Counted from the first letter of the stretch, positions 24,916 through 37,445 are shown. The stretch: DNA of 64,000 nt from Octopus vulgaris (GCA_951406725.2 OX597834.1:20398001-20462000), one strand, 5' to 3'. Notes: generated by a model from the sequence alone, not told the origin. Numbers and translations are program-made.

Positions 24916-25039
24916 ACAAAAACAAAATGAATAAACAAATGTAGATTGTATATTTGTCCTCTTCTGTCCAGCAGACAATAAGTGATATATCTTGAGGAAT
25001 GTTGCAATGGAAGGATTCTGTGAGGATCTTGGGTAATGA

Positions 25040-25860
25040 CATGAGGAGGGAATGGTATGGAGGGAAGAGAGGATGAGAGAAAGAGTTGCGGGAATGGAGA
25101 GAAAGAGAGAGACACACACACACATGCACATGTACACACACACATGTGCACACAAAAACTGGGAATGATATGGAAGGAAAAGAGACAGAGACATGGAGGC
25201 AGTTGGATCAATTGATAGATAGATAGAGAGAGAGAGGGAGAGAAAGAGACAAACAGACAGAGTGATATATGAAAGGAGAGAGATATGGAAGGAAAAGAAA
25301 GAGAGAGATAAAGCAAGACTGAGACCAAAAGGTAGATAGATAGATAGAGGGAGAAAGAGAAAGAAGAAAGATAGAGACAGATATAGCGAGAGAAATAGGG
25401 AGAGCGAGAAAGAGACAATGAGGTAGAGAAAGAGAGAGAGAAGCATACATACAGATGATGATATTGCAAAACAAGAGAGATAGAGAGAGAAAGAGGGAGA
25501 GAGAGGGTGAATGGGATCAGAGAGAGAGTCATTGACAGACAGATAGAGGGATAGACAGAGGGAGAGAGAGAGAAAGAAAGAGAGAGAGAGAGAGTGAAGG
25601 GGGTCCAAGAGAGTCATTGACAGACAGCTAGAGGGATAGACAAGGAGAGAGAGAGAGAGAGAGAAGCAGAGAGAAAAGGACACATGAACAGAGAATGATA
25701 TGAGAGGAAAAAAAGTGAGGAGAGAGAGAGATAGAGAGATAGATAGAGAGAGGGAGAGATGGATGCAGAGAGAGAGATAGTGGGGTGGGTGAGGAGTAGA
25801 ATGAGAGAAGCAGAGATTGTAGAATTGTATAGTAAGATGGTCAGAGAGAGAGAAACAGAA
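25040..25860. repeat. Purine-rich (GA)n/(GATA)n low-complexity region
   Basis: Direct reading. Confidence 0.9.
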
Positions 25861-26269
25861 ATAATAAAACTAATAAAACTATGTAAATCTCAATAAAAAT
25901 GGAAATCAAAATGGTGTTCCTTATTCAAAATCCTCTTTTGTTGATTCTCTTCATTGATTAATTTCTCTTAACAATGGCTTTTGTTTCATAAAATTACTGA
26001 AAACAAGCACAGCTTCATTATTTTTATCATTATCGTCGTTGTTGTTGATGTTGTTGTTGGTGGTGGTGTTGCTGTTTCTGCTTTTGTTTTTGTCTTGTTT
26101 TTCCTTCGTTTTTATTTTTGTTGTTTGTTTTGCTTTTTGGCGGTGGGGGGTGGGGTTCATTAAAAAAATTTTTTTTTATTTAGGGTGGGTGGAAAAGAAA
26201 GAGGCATAATGGGAGGGTTGCGTTATTATATTTTACTTTGCTCAGCAGAAATTAGTTTCCATATGAAAA

Positions 26270-26363
26270 GAGACGATGATGATGGTGATGGTGATGATGA
26301 TGATTACAAGGACACTGATGTTGTTGATGAAGATATTAATGATGATTGTGCTGATGGTAGTGA

Positions 26364-26394
<31 letters not shown>

Positions 26395-26865
26395 TATAAG
26401 GACATTGATGATGTTGATGATGTTGATGATGACCTGGTGGTGGTGGCGATGGATGTAGTGATGATTATGATGTAGATGACAATGATACATGATGATGATG
26501 ATGATGATTATAAGGACACTGATGATGTTGATGATGCTAGTGATGATTGGCATTGATGATAATGATGATGGTGGTGGTGGTGACGACGATGAAGGTGGTG
26601 GTGGTGGTGATGGATGTAGTGATGATTATGATGATGTAGACGACAATGACACATGATGATGATGTTGGTGTTGACGATGGCTTTAATGATGATGACGATG
26701 ATGATGATGATGAGGATGATACTAAGGATGATGATCATTATCACTCTTTATATTGTTACTGATATTGTAACCATCGTTATCTATGATAATTACAACAACA
26801 ATGAGAATAATAATAATAACAATAATTATAATGATAATGTTGCTGATGATGTTGATGATGGTTAT
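26270..26865. repeat. (GAT)n region with internal segmental duplication
   Basis: aaggacac/att-gatg recurs three times; gatggatgtagtgatgattatgatg..gacaatga recurs at about 26448 and 26608. Confidence 0.85.
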
Positions 26866-27277
26866 TAATCCTCTTCACATCTTGATTGTCATCCTCGCTT
26901 TCTATGAACTTGTTCTGCTCGTGATCTGCCATCAAGGCAACAACGAGAACAAGAAGAACGAGAGAAATCGTGATCGGAGTTTTAATAATGTCAACCAGTA
27001 ACAACAACAACAACAACTTTGGCCACAACAACAGCGACAACCAACACTGAACAAAAAACAAAAAAACAAAATACAGTGAAAACCTAAGCGCTTACCAATA
27101 CTGTCGCAACAACAACAACTACCACCACCACAACTACAACTTCAGCCCTGACAACAGCAACAATCAATGCTACAGAAACAAAGATCACTACTACCACCTC
27201 TACCACAACAACAACAACAGTAAAAACAACCACCATGACTAGTAGAACTTGGTCTGGTGCCATGGTATAAATAATTA

Positions 27278-27512
27278 AAGGCGGCAAGCTGGCAGAAACG
27301 TTAGCACACAGGGTGAAATACATAGTGGCATTTCGTCTGCCGTTACGTTCTGAGTTCAAATTCCGCCGAGGACGACTTTGCCTTTCATCCTTTCGGGGTC
27401 AATAAATTAAGTACCAGTTACGCACGGGGGTCGATATAATCAACTTAATCCATTTGTCTGTCCTTGTTTGTCCCCTCTGTGTTTAGCCCTTTGTGGGTAG
27501 TAAAGAAATAGG
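27278..27512 (+). mobile_element. SINE family B with 14-bp TSD
   Basis: TSD ggtataaataatta at 27264-27277 and 27511-27524. Confidence 0.9.
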
Positions 27513-27561
27513 TATAAATAATTACTTCATCATCATCATTATCATCATCACCTTCATCACC

Positions 27562-27579
<18 letters not shown>

Positions 27580-27593
<14 letters not shown>

Positions 27594-27782
27594 CATTTAA
27601 TGTCCATTTATCATGCTGGCATGGGTTGGTCGTTTCGACAGGAACTGACCAACTGAAGGGTTGTTCAAGCTCCATGTCCATTTTGGCTTGGTTTCTATAG
27701 TTTGATGTCCTTCCTAACACCGACCACCTTACTGAGTGTACTGGGTGCATTTTACACAACACCAGCAAGGGTGCTTTTTACG
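27580..27782 (-). mobile_element. Repeat family C variant joined directly to an RT fragment
   Basis: catttaatgtcc..gctggcatgggttgg..ccttcctaacacc..gggtgctttttacgtg. Confidence 0.8.
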
Positions 27783-28462
27783 TGACAACCCTCACCTTAC
27801 TGACAGCATCCCTGTACATGGCATGTCCAGCTCTCACCAACCACTCATCTATCCCTAGTTTCCACATTGACCACCAGATAAAGGATTGGGGTACCCTATC
27901 AAAAGCTTTCTCCATGTCAACAAAAGCCAAATACAGGGGTTTATCTTTGGCTAGGAATTTCTCCTGTAGCTGTCTTACCAGGAATATAGCCTCAGTGGTG
28001 CTTCTACCTGGCACAAACCTACACTACATCTCATCTAGACTAACTCTCTCCCTGATTAGTCTCTGTGACTTTCATTACCTGATCCAACAATTTGATACCT
28101 CTGTAATTAGTTCTATCTAATGTGTCACCTTTACCTTTGTAGCAGTTGACAATAGTGCTGCTACACCAGTCATTGGGTATGACTCCTTTGTGTATCACCT
28201 TGTTGACTATATGAGTGATTATACTATAGCCTACACCTCCAGATATTTTAAGCATCTCAGCAATGATATCTGATGGGTTAGGGGCTTTCCCTGTCTTCAA
28301 ACTCTTAATTGCTTTCAAACCCTTAATTGCTTTATCTACCAAGGTACTGTCAATTTGAATAGCTGGTCCCTCTGTTGGGTCGAAATTTGGTAGACCCTCC
28401 TTCTCCCATTCATTCTCTTCATTTAGCAACCTTTCATAGTGGCATCTCCAAGTCACTCTCAT
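27783..28462 (-). mobile_element. RTE-clade LINE reverse transcriptase fragment (decayed)
   Basis: WRCHYERLLN...KTGKAP.P..I.AEMLK...IPNDW..S.IV..YKGKGD....NYRGIKLL...PGRSTTEAIF.VRQLQEK....KPLYLAFVDMEKAFDRVP; frameshift and stop present. Confidence 0.95.
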
Positions 28463-28694
28463 AATCCAAAATTAGGAAATGGAATCAATTAAATCCAGGT
28501 GACATATGTTTCGTAGTTAGCAGAACCTCAGAATTTGTAATTACCCATGTTAACTCATAGGTGATTCAATCGAAAAAATTAACATATCTTTAGCCCAATG
28601 AGAAGCTCGTAGATTACCCCTGATTTGGCTAATTACTACTTCTCAGGTTCTGCTAGCTTTGTAACATATCTAGCCTGGGATTTTATCGATTTTT

Positions 28695-28998
28695 GTTGTT
28701 GTTCCTTCTCGAGTCATGCCTGGCTCATAAGGGCCGGTTTCCCGGTTTCTTGGCGTATAGGTTCCCCACCTGGACGGGACGCCGGTCCATCGCAGGTGAG
28801 CTGCAAGATGCAGGAGGAAAGAGTGAGAGAAAGTTGGGGCGAAAGAGTCAGCAGAAGTTTCGCCATTACCTTCTGCCAGAGCCGTGTGGAGCTAAGGTGT
28901 TTCGCTCATAAACACACACATCGTCCGGTCTGAGATTCGAATCCGCGATCCTTCGACTGCGAGTTTGCTGCTCTAACCACTGGGCCATGTGCCTCCAC
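28695..28998 (-). mobile_element. tRNA-derived SINE family E1
   Basis: Minus strand: TGGCCCAGTGGTTAGAGC (A box), ATTCGAATCTC (B box), CAACTTTCTCTCACTCTTTC, CTGCGATGGACCGGCGTCCCGTCCAGG; CpG-rich, so probably young. Confidence 0.85.
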
Positions 28999-29251
28999 AT
29001 TTTATCGATTCCAGTTCCTAAATTTTGGATTTTCATTTGCATATACAGCAATCCCGGTTGCTAACCATGGACTATAAAATAACTTTTTTCAGCTTATCAA
29101 ACTTCGATATTCGAAAAATTTACAACTTTCTACATCAATAAACCATTATTATTCCTGAAAGTTGTTTTTTATACCTTCTACAGACTGCTTGAAGCTTACT
29201 AACTTCCTACACCTTGACAAAGGAATAAACGATTATTTTATGCACTTCATT

Positions 29252-29329
29252 GGCTTACAGCTGTTTCTGCTATAAGATGCAGTGGACTCATAGTTGAGTG
29301 CCTGAGTACCATATAACTTCATCAGATCC
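29252..29329 (-). ncRNA. Type I hammerhead-like motif, slightly decayed, extended stem II
   Basis: ggat-CTGATGA-agttata...tatagca-GAAA-cagctg-TA-agcc; one mismatch in stem I and an A-A at the base of stem II. Confidence 0.62.
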
Positions 29330-30054
29330 TCAAACATGAAGTGTCATGTATGCATGCGTGTGTGTGTGCGTGTTAGCTATTCTTCAAAAATATGGCTAAC
29401 TTTTCCTGAATTACTAAAAGAACTCTAGAGTATAAATATATAAGAGAATATCTTTGTGTTAGAACATGTTTCACCTCCCCAAGGCAGTTCTTTGGAGACA
29501 TAAATAAATATGTTTCGGTAAAAATCATTTAAATTATTAAAGAGATGAAACAGAGATGGAAGGACAAATTTAGCAGAAATGGGAGGTGAGACATTTTCAG
29601 ATAATGGAAGGCATGTTGCAGAATATATGGAGAGGGGGAGGAGGTTTTAATTAAGGGGATGCTTGGAAGGACACAATGTAAAATAAATGACGAGAGGGCT
29701 GGAAGGGGACAGATCAATGATCAATGGCTGTTACCGACTTTGTTTATGTATTCAATATTTATAGTCCAGTTGAAATGGTAAAATTAATTAGAAATTTAAA
29801 TTAACCAAATCAATTAGTAGCCATGAGTCAGAATAAGCTAAAGGTTGTTTTTCATAAATGAATATCTCAACAGGAAAGCAAAGGCATCGGGACTTTAATT
29901 TAGTTATTTAAATATTTAATCATTATTTGTATTAAGAAATATGTGAATTTTGTATTATCTGCAACGAGGGGTGGGTGGTTTCCTGACATTAAAGGGGAAC
30001 AGTCCTGTTTTAAAAATTACAAGACATATTTTAGATATATATCATACTTTGATA

Positions 30055-30720
30055 ATCCCTTCTGTAAGAGACACAAGGTCTGAAATTTGTGGGGAGTAGA
30101 CTAGTAAATTACATCGACCCCAGTGTTTCACTGGTACTTAATTTATCGACCTCGAAAGGTTGAAAGGCAAAGTCGACCTCGATGGAATTTGAACTCAGAA
30201 TGTAGTGATGGGCGAAATACTGCTAAGCGTTTCGCCTGCTGTGCTAATAATTCTGCCAGCTCACCACCTTAATAATAATAATAATTATAATAATAATAAT
30301 AATATTAAGGGCGATGGGTTTTGTTAGTCGTAAAAGTCAACATAGTTTAGGCTGTGGTCATACTGGGGCACCATCTTGAAAAATTTTTAGTCCAATGAAG
30401 TGATCCCAGCAGTTATTTTTTGTTAAGCCCAGTACTTATTCTGCTGGTCCCTTTTTTTCGAACTGCTAAGTTACAGGGACATAAACACACCAACAACACT
30501 TGTAAAGCAGTGGTGGAGGACAAACACTAACACAAAACACACACACACACACACACTCGTATATATATATATATATATACAGTGGGTTTCTTTCAGTTTC
30601 CATCTACCAAATCCACTCTCAAAGCTTTGGTTAGCCTGACGCTATAACAGAAGACATGCTGTGGGACTGAACCCAGAGCCATGTGGTTGGGAAGCAAGCT
30701 TCTTACCCAACAGCCATGTC
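30055..30720 (-). mobile_element. SINE B (30055-30272) and SINE A (30410-30720)
   Basis: Family motifs. Confidence 0.85.
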
Positions 30721-31352
30721 TGCAAAAGTCCTATAAAAATAAGGGAGTAGTGTTTGGTGTAACATATTTGATTATAGGTTATTTAGAGGACCTCTGTTCC
30801 AGGAAAGGATTAAATAACCAAACCTTCACAAATATTTATTATAATCAGATTTCAAATTAGGCATTTGACCACCACATATTTTATTGGGAAAGACTATATT
30901 GACCCATATTACTTAACAGGAACCTTTTTCACTGCCCTCAATACTAACACTTTGCTCAAAATGGATGAAAGGGCAGTTGACCATAACATTGCTACTTCCT
31001 GCTCCTACTAGATGAATAACCTTAAAAAGTAAATTGTGGAAAAGAAGAATATAAGTAAATTATATTGAATTTTATGAACTCTTTTAAATAAAAAACTGGG
31101 TACTCTGAATGCTGAATGTGTGAGATGACTTTGTGGTTTGCTTGATGGTAAAACAGTTAATTCTTTGTCACAGCGTTGGGGTGAGAAATATGAATTTACT
31201 ATTACACAAGAAACATCACCAAAGGTCTAACCCAGCCCAGCATGGAAGACATGTTAAAAGATGATGAGGATGGCATAGGCAGTGGTGGTGTATCAAAGTT
31301 TGGTTACATCAAAATATTCTACCGGCATAATAAATTATATAAAGTGATATAC

Positions 31353-31768
31353 ACTTTTACTCTTTTACTTGTTTCTGTCATCTGAGTGCGGTCATGCTGG
31401 AGCACCACCTTTTAATCGAGCAACTCGACCCCAGGACTTATTCTTTTTGTAAGCCCAGTACTTATTCTATCGGTGTATTTTGCCGAACTGCTAAGTAACG
31501 GGGACATAAACACACCACCATCGGTTGTCAAGCAATGCTAGGGGGACAGACACAGACGCACAAACACACACACGCATATATATATATACATATATACATA
31601 TATACGACAGGCTTCTTTCAATTTCCGTCTATCAAATCCACTCACAAGGCTTTGGTAGGCTCGAGGCTATAGTAGAAGACACTTGCCCAAGGTGCCACGC
31701 AGTGGGACTGAACCCGGAACCATGTGGTTGGTAAACAAGCTACTTACCACACAGCCACTCCTGCGCCT
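31353..31768 (-). mobile_element. SINE family A, full length
   Basis: Family A motifs. Confidence 0.9.
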
Positions 31769-31799
31769 AATATATTGGCAATTTGTTTTGTTAGCGCTG

Positions 31800-32371
31800 T
31801 ATTTTTGTATGTCTGAGTAAATGTGTGCGAGTGAGTGCATTTGTGGGTATGATTATGTGTGAGCAAATATATGTGAGTGCATATATATATGTGTGTTTAC
31901 AAGTATGTGTGTGTGCATATTGTCCATGAGTGTGTAGTTATGTGTGAGTAAATGCGTGTGTGTCTAGTATGTGTTAGACTTTTTAGTGTGTCTATTGTAT
32001 GCACCAGTGTGTGTGTGTTTATGTATGTCTGAGTAAATACTTGAGTGTGGGTGTGTGTACTTGCATGTTTGCATAAATGTGTGCATGGATGTATGCGTAA
32101 ATATGTGAGTTTGTGAATGTGTCAGTACACATAAATTGCTACACGTGTGTTACTGTTTGTGTGTGTATGTGTGTGTATCTATATGTGTATGTACGTATGC
32201 GTGTGTGTATTTACATGTGTGTGTGTGTATGTGTATCATGTCTATGTAAGCATGTTTGTATCTTGTGTGTGTATGTACATGCATATATCTTGTGTAGGAG
32301 TGTGTGTGTGTATGTATCTTTATGTATACATTTATGTGTTTGTTTGTGTGTGGATGTATGTAGAAGCATGG

Positions 32372-32407
<36 letters not shown>

Positions 32408-32600
32408 ATGTGCTTGTTTGTAAATGAGTATGTAAAGTGCATGTATTTGTACATGTATATTTATGAATATATATGAGTTTGTGTGCATGTGTGTGTGTGT
32501 ATGTCCATGCATCTTCGTGTTCTTGTAATTGTATGTGTGTGTGTGTGTGTATTTGCTTAGATGTATATGTAAATGTGTGTATGTATATATGTGTAAATAT
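31800..32600. repeat. Degenerate (TG)n region
   Basis: Direct reading. Confidence 0.9.
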
Positions 32601-33026
32601 TTACGATGTGTTAGTGATCCAAAGTAGAGAAACGTACCCCTTCCCACACAAAAGAGAAATGTTTCTGTCTGAAATATAAATGGTTGGCTTTAATTGAAAT
32701 ATTTACATATTTCACTTTTCCAAGAAACATTTATTTTAATCTAATTAAGCCAATTCGTTACCATTATTCCTGATGAGAAAATTCCTTGACTGAACTCCAT
32801 AAATCAGCTCTGATTTTTCTTTATAATGGATACTCACACATGTAAATATATATATATATATGTATGTATATAAAACTTGCTTGGAAGAGGATGCATGGCG
32901 TTTAATCATATAATAATATAAATAATATATATATATACATACGTATATGTACATATACGTATGTATATATGCATATATATATTTATACACATACAGATGT
33001 AAGTATGTACATATACGTATGTATAC

Positions 33027-33068
<42 letters not shown>

Positions 33069-33094
33069 TATTTATATCATTACATATATATTTT

Positions 33095-33490
33095 CTATTA
33101 CTTGTTTCAATTATTAGACTGCAACCATGCTGGAGCACAGCCTCAAATGGTTTAGTCAAGCAAATAGACCCTATTACTTACTATTAAGCCTGGTATTCAT
33201 TCTACAGGTCTCCTTTTGCTAAGTTGCTAAGTTATGGAGACATAAACAAACCAATGCCAGTTGTCACGTGGTAGTGGGGGGACAAAAACAAAGAAACACA
33301 CACACACACACACATACACACATATATATGGACGACAAACTTCTTTCAGTTTCTATCACATTTACTCACATAGAATTGGTTTGCCTGGGGCTAAAATCGA
33401 ATACAGTTGTCGAAGGTGCCACACAGTGGGACTGTTCCTGGAATGATATGGTTGGGAAGCAAACTTCTAACTACATAGCAACACTTGTAC
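33095..33490 (-). mobile_element. SINE family A, older diverged copy
   Basis: Family A motifs with many substitutions. Confidence 0.75.
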
Positions 33491-33608
33491 CTCTCTCTAT
33501 ATATATATATATCTAACAAAACGATAGAAATTTCTAAAAAAAAACACGGAACTTAGTGCTTGCTTTTTCCATAGGTATGAGTAAGTATTTCATTTATGTC
33601 TTACGTAT

Positions 33609-33669
33609 TTATCGCTGAGGAGGAGAAAATTCTTATGAATTAACTCTGAAATTGGAACCAATACAGTAA
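33609..33669 (+). ncRNA. Type I hammerhead-like motif flanked by a 20-bp inverted repeat
   Basis: ttatcg-CTGAGGA-ggag(aa aattc ttat gaatt aa)ctct-GAAA-ttggaaccaa-TA-cagtaa; inverted repeat cgatagaaatttctaaaaaa at 33522-33541 and 33678-33697. Confidence 0.65.
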
Positions 33670-34065
33670 TAACGGAATTTTTTAGAAATTTCTATCGGTT
33701 TCTTTCGAGACGCATGTTAATTGTGATAAATTATAATGGTTATTGACAATTTGTCTATTTTCGGCATATTTGGCACTAGAATTTTTTCTTTTGCCCTTAT
33801 TTTATAAGTTATATATTTATATATATATATATATATAGGTAAATACTGACATGTATATGGATGTGTTTTGTTAATTCCTACATATTTTTTCTTCCTCTTT
33901 GTTTTCCTTTTTCAAGTTAGCATTGGTTAGGACTGTCTTTTCATTTTTACCTACAAATTTATCTTTGCTTTCTTGCCCCATTTTTTGTAACACACACACA
34001 CACACACACATACATTGCTATAATTAACTCATTAACTAAAAGTTTTCATAATTAGTCCTTATATA

Positions 34066-34157
34066 TTTCTTTTCTTTTTCTCTTTTCCAGGTAAGTGCAA
34101 ACCATATCTTAGAATTTTGATTTTAACCTGAGCAGTAATCAATAAATCCAGGTAAGT
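34066..34157 (+). promoter_or_regulatory. Candidate recursive splice site (AG|GTAAGT) with 61-nt cryptic RS-exon 34091-34151
   Basis: 23-nt pure pyrimidine tract 34066-34088, AG at 34089-34090, GTAAGT at 34091-34096, second CAG|GTAAGT donor at 34152. Confidence 0.65.
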
Positions 34158-34829
34158 ATGAATTTCAGCTTTAACCCATTAGAAGAGGTTCTGCAGATGG
34201 TAAAGGCTATTAGAGCTGTCCCAGATCTTAACCAATATCTATAAATTCTTTATTCTTTTATTCTGTTTTGGTTTCATACTTCTAACCACTGTACAGAATG
34301 TACTAGGTAAACTTGTACACAGTCTCTAGTGGCACCAACATCAGAGAGGTCACCATGTCCTTGGCACATGTGAATAAACTTGCACATTCACGAGTGCAAG
34401 TTTATTGATATATGCACACAGTTCACAAGTGTGTGTGTGTATGCAGATGTCAACCAGAAACCCCAAGAGATCTCATTACTTACAGAAAAAGAAGCCTTAA
34501 CATTTTGTTAGTGAGCGGCTTGAAATCTGCAAAGGAAAAAAAGCAATTATTTAAATTAGATCCCAAAGGAAAATACACACATGCAGAGATACACAGATAC
34601 ACAGACACACAGACACATGCATAATTTAAGCAAGGAAATATCAAAGACCAGATGGGACTTGTCTGTTTGATGATGTTACAGGTGTGAAAATATTTCACTT
34701 TCATGCGATTCTTTACATTTTATTTATCTGTGAAATAGGAGGTGATTCAGTACAAATTCCATTGTCATTTATTGCTACTTGTTTCACAGGACACACAATT
34801 CTCTCCTCCTCCTCCTCCTCCTCCTCCTC

Positions 34830-34875
<46 letters not shown>

Positions 34876-35197
34876 CACTACTGCTGCTGCTCTGTCGCTT
34901 CCTCTTTTTCTAATTATCTTTTGATTTTCATTCATTCATGTAGCACCTTGGGCAAGTCTCACCTTTTATAGTTCATGGCCTATGAAAGTCTTATGAGTGA
35001 ATTAAGAAGACAGAAACTGTGGGTTTGCTTGTCATACATGAGGGTGCATAACTACCCTTAACTGTGTGTCTGTCAGTCTGTCGGTCTCTCAAAGCAAATA
35101 TAAATCTATAAGTCATAGGATGTAAAAATCGGCTTTCATGTATGCTTCAAGATCCAGTTCCCAAAAAAGAATTATGTCACTTTTTCTCAAAAGTTCA

Positions 35198-35327
35198 GAT
35201 GGCTACGCTAAGCTTTACATATTTTACCTCAGTGTCAGTTTGATGGCATGCACTGCTCTCCCACTCAGTAATAATAATAATAATAATGATAATAATAATA
35301 GTAATAATAATAATAATGATAATAATA

Positions 35328-35370
<43 letters not shown>

Positions 35371-35887
35371 TGATAATAATTATAATGATAAGTGTTATCA
35401 TGTACATTGTTTTGTCTTGGTATAAAAGATGGGCTACAGCAAATATTCTGCTCAATACCACAGATTTGCTTGTCAGTTATTGACCTTAACCAGTTGAGCA
35501 TGTCCCTTAGTGGCTGACGATATGTGCATCTCTGATCACGAGCAGAAGTAGTGGGGGAGCATCATAGCCATGTGTTGAGAGGGATTCTTTGGGGTTTGAA
35601 TAGTTCACCTCTGGAAACATGGGTGGTTCTTTCAACATCCTTAAACAACCCTTATTCAGGGACCGTTTGAGCGGGATGGGCTACTCAACCTGAAGAAAAT
35701 TCTAACTGGGCCCCACCTGCAAGGTCATGTGCTGTTTATCTTGATATGAGATCACCACGTCGCACACATATGGTTGTGATGCATGTGCCTGGTGTACCTT
35801 TATCAGACGGGTAGTCATGATGGGTATATTGGGCTTCATATATTTTACCCCAGTGTCACTTTGATGGCATGAACTGCTCTCTCACTC
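35198..35887 (+). mobile_element. Two 5'-truncated copies (35198-35266, 35391-35887) of an unidentified retroelement 3' end, each ending in (AAT)n
   Basis: Shared terminus tattttacc.cagtgtca.tttgatggcatg.actgctctc.cactc followed by TAA repeats. Confidence 0.75.
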
Positions 35888-35929
<42 letters not shown>

Positions 35930-35951
35930 GATGATAATAATCATAATAATG

Positions 35952-36150
35952 ATAGGCATTAAGCCCAGTTTAGTAAAGCTGCAAAAAACAATGTTATTAG
36001 GGGCAGCTAGGATACTTAGGACGGTTCTTGGCATCTAAGGTTACTTGTTGTAACCGAATAGGAAGTTTCTTGGCATCAAAAACTACTTGTTGTAGCCCAA
36101 TGTGAGGATTCTTTTCTTTTCCAACAGTCTAATCTGTTGATTGTATTTGA
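35952..36150 (+). mobile_element. R4/Dong-like 3' end
   Basis: IGIKPSLVKLQKTMLLGAARILRTVLGI* matches the LQK..LLG.ARI.R.V motif at 20600-20658; TAA repeats on both sides. Confidence 0.8.
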
Positions 36151-36204
36151 ATAATAATAATATTAATAATGATAATAATAACAATTATATATATTAATAA
36201 TAAC

Positions 36205-36236
<32 letters not shown>

Positions 36237-36308
36237 TAACATCAATAATAATAATAATAATAAAAATAAAAATAATAATAATATTAACAATAACATCAAT
36301 AATAATAA

Positions 36309-36356
<48 letters not shown>

Positions 36357-36575
36357 TGATAATAATTATAATAATAATAATAATAAAAATAATAATAATA
36401 ATAACAATAACATCAATAATAATAATAATAATAATAAAAATAATAATAATAAAATAATAATAATAATAATAATGATACATAATAATAATGATGATAATAA
36501 TTATAATAATAATAATAATAAAAATAATAATAATAATAACAATAACATCAAAAATAAAAATAATAATAATAATGT
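36151..36575. repeat. (AAT)n array with higher-order sub-repeats
   Basis: aacaataacatcaa recurs four times. Confidence 0.9.
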
Positions 36576-37112
36576 GCTTTGAAAAACCAGCTGAAGAGAC
36601 GTGGAATACAAATATACTATCAATATATGTATGTATGCATGCATGTATGTGTGTATATGTATGTGTGTGTATGAATATATGCGTGCATGTGTATATATTC
36701 ATATGGGCTTGCATGTGTGCATGCATAGGTATTGTCTTTCTTTTTACAACTGAAGCAAAACATCAAACAAAAAACAAAAAAATAACAATTAGCTCATTTA
36801 CAGTTTTTCTTTTTTTCAAAAAAAAAAGGCAAAAGCATAAACAAAGAAACCAAAAGAAAACAACAAAATAACAATGCAAACAAAATAACAATACAAACAA
36901 AATATAAGATAACACTGCTGCTGTTGTTGTTGTTGTTGTATATATTATTCTTTGTTGTTGTTGTTATCTTTTGAACGCATTAGAAACATTGAGTCTCCTG
37001 AAGACATGTGCGTGCGTATTGTTGCCTGAGGAATGCTCCGTTGTATAAAGTAAACAAGAAGCAATGAGAAAAGCTGTAGTTGTTGTCACATGCAACTGCA
37101 CATCTTATTTAT

Positions 37113-37144
<32 letters not shown>

Positions 37145-37292
37145 GTATGTATATACATACATGTATGCACGTATAAAATTTTATTTTTTTATTTTGAAAA
37201 AGTTTGTTTTGTTTCTATTGGTCATAGACATGTTTAAAAGATCTCAGACTCAAGTTGTATTTATGTATATGTTTTTGTGTATATGTGTATAT

Positions 37293-37329
<37 letters not shown>

Positions 37330-37345
37330 CATACACATACATCTG

Positions 37346-37397
<52 letters not shown>

Positions 37398-37413
37398 TAT
37401 ATGTGTATGTGTG

Positions 37414-37445
<32 letters not shown>

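Noticed and set aside
24810-25683. 240- and 262-aa Ser/Leu-rich minus ORFs
   Set aside because: Derived from (CT)n low complexity.
35512-35552. CTGACGA core match
   Set aside because: No paired stem II followed by GAAA.
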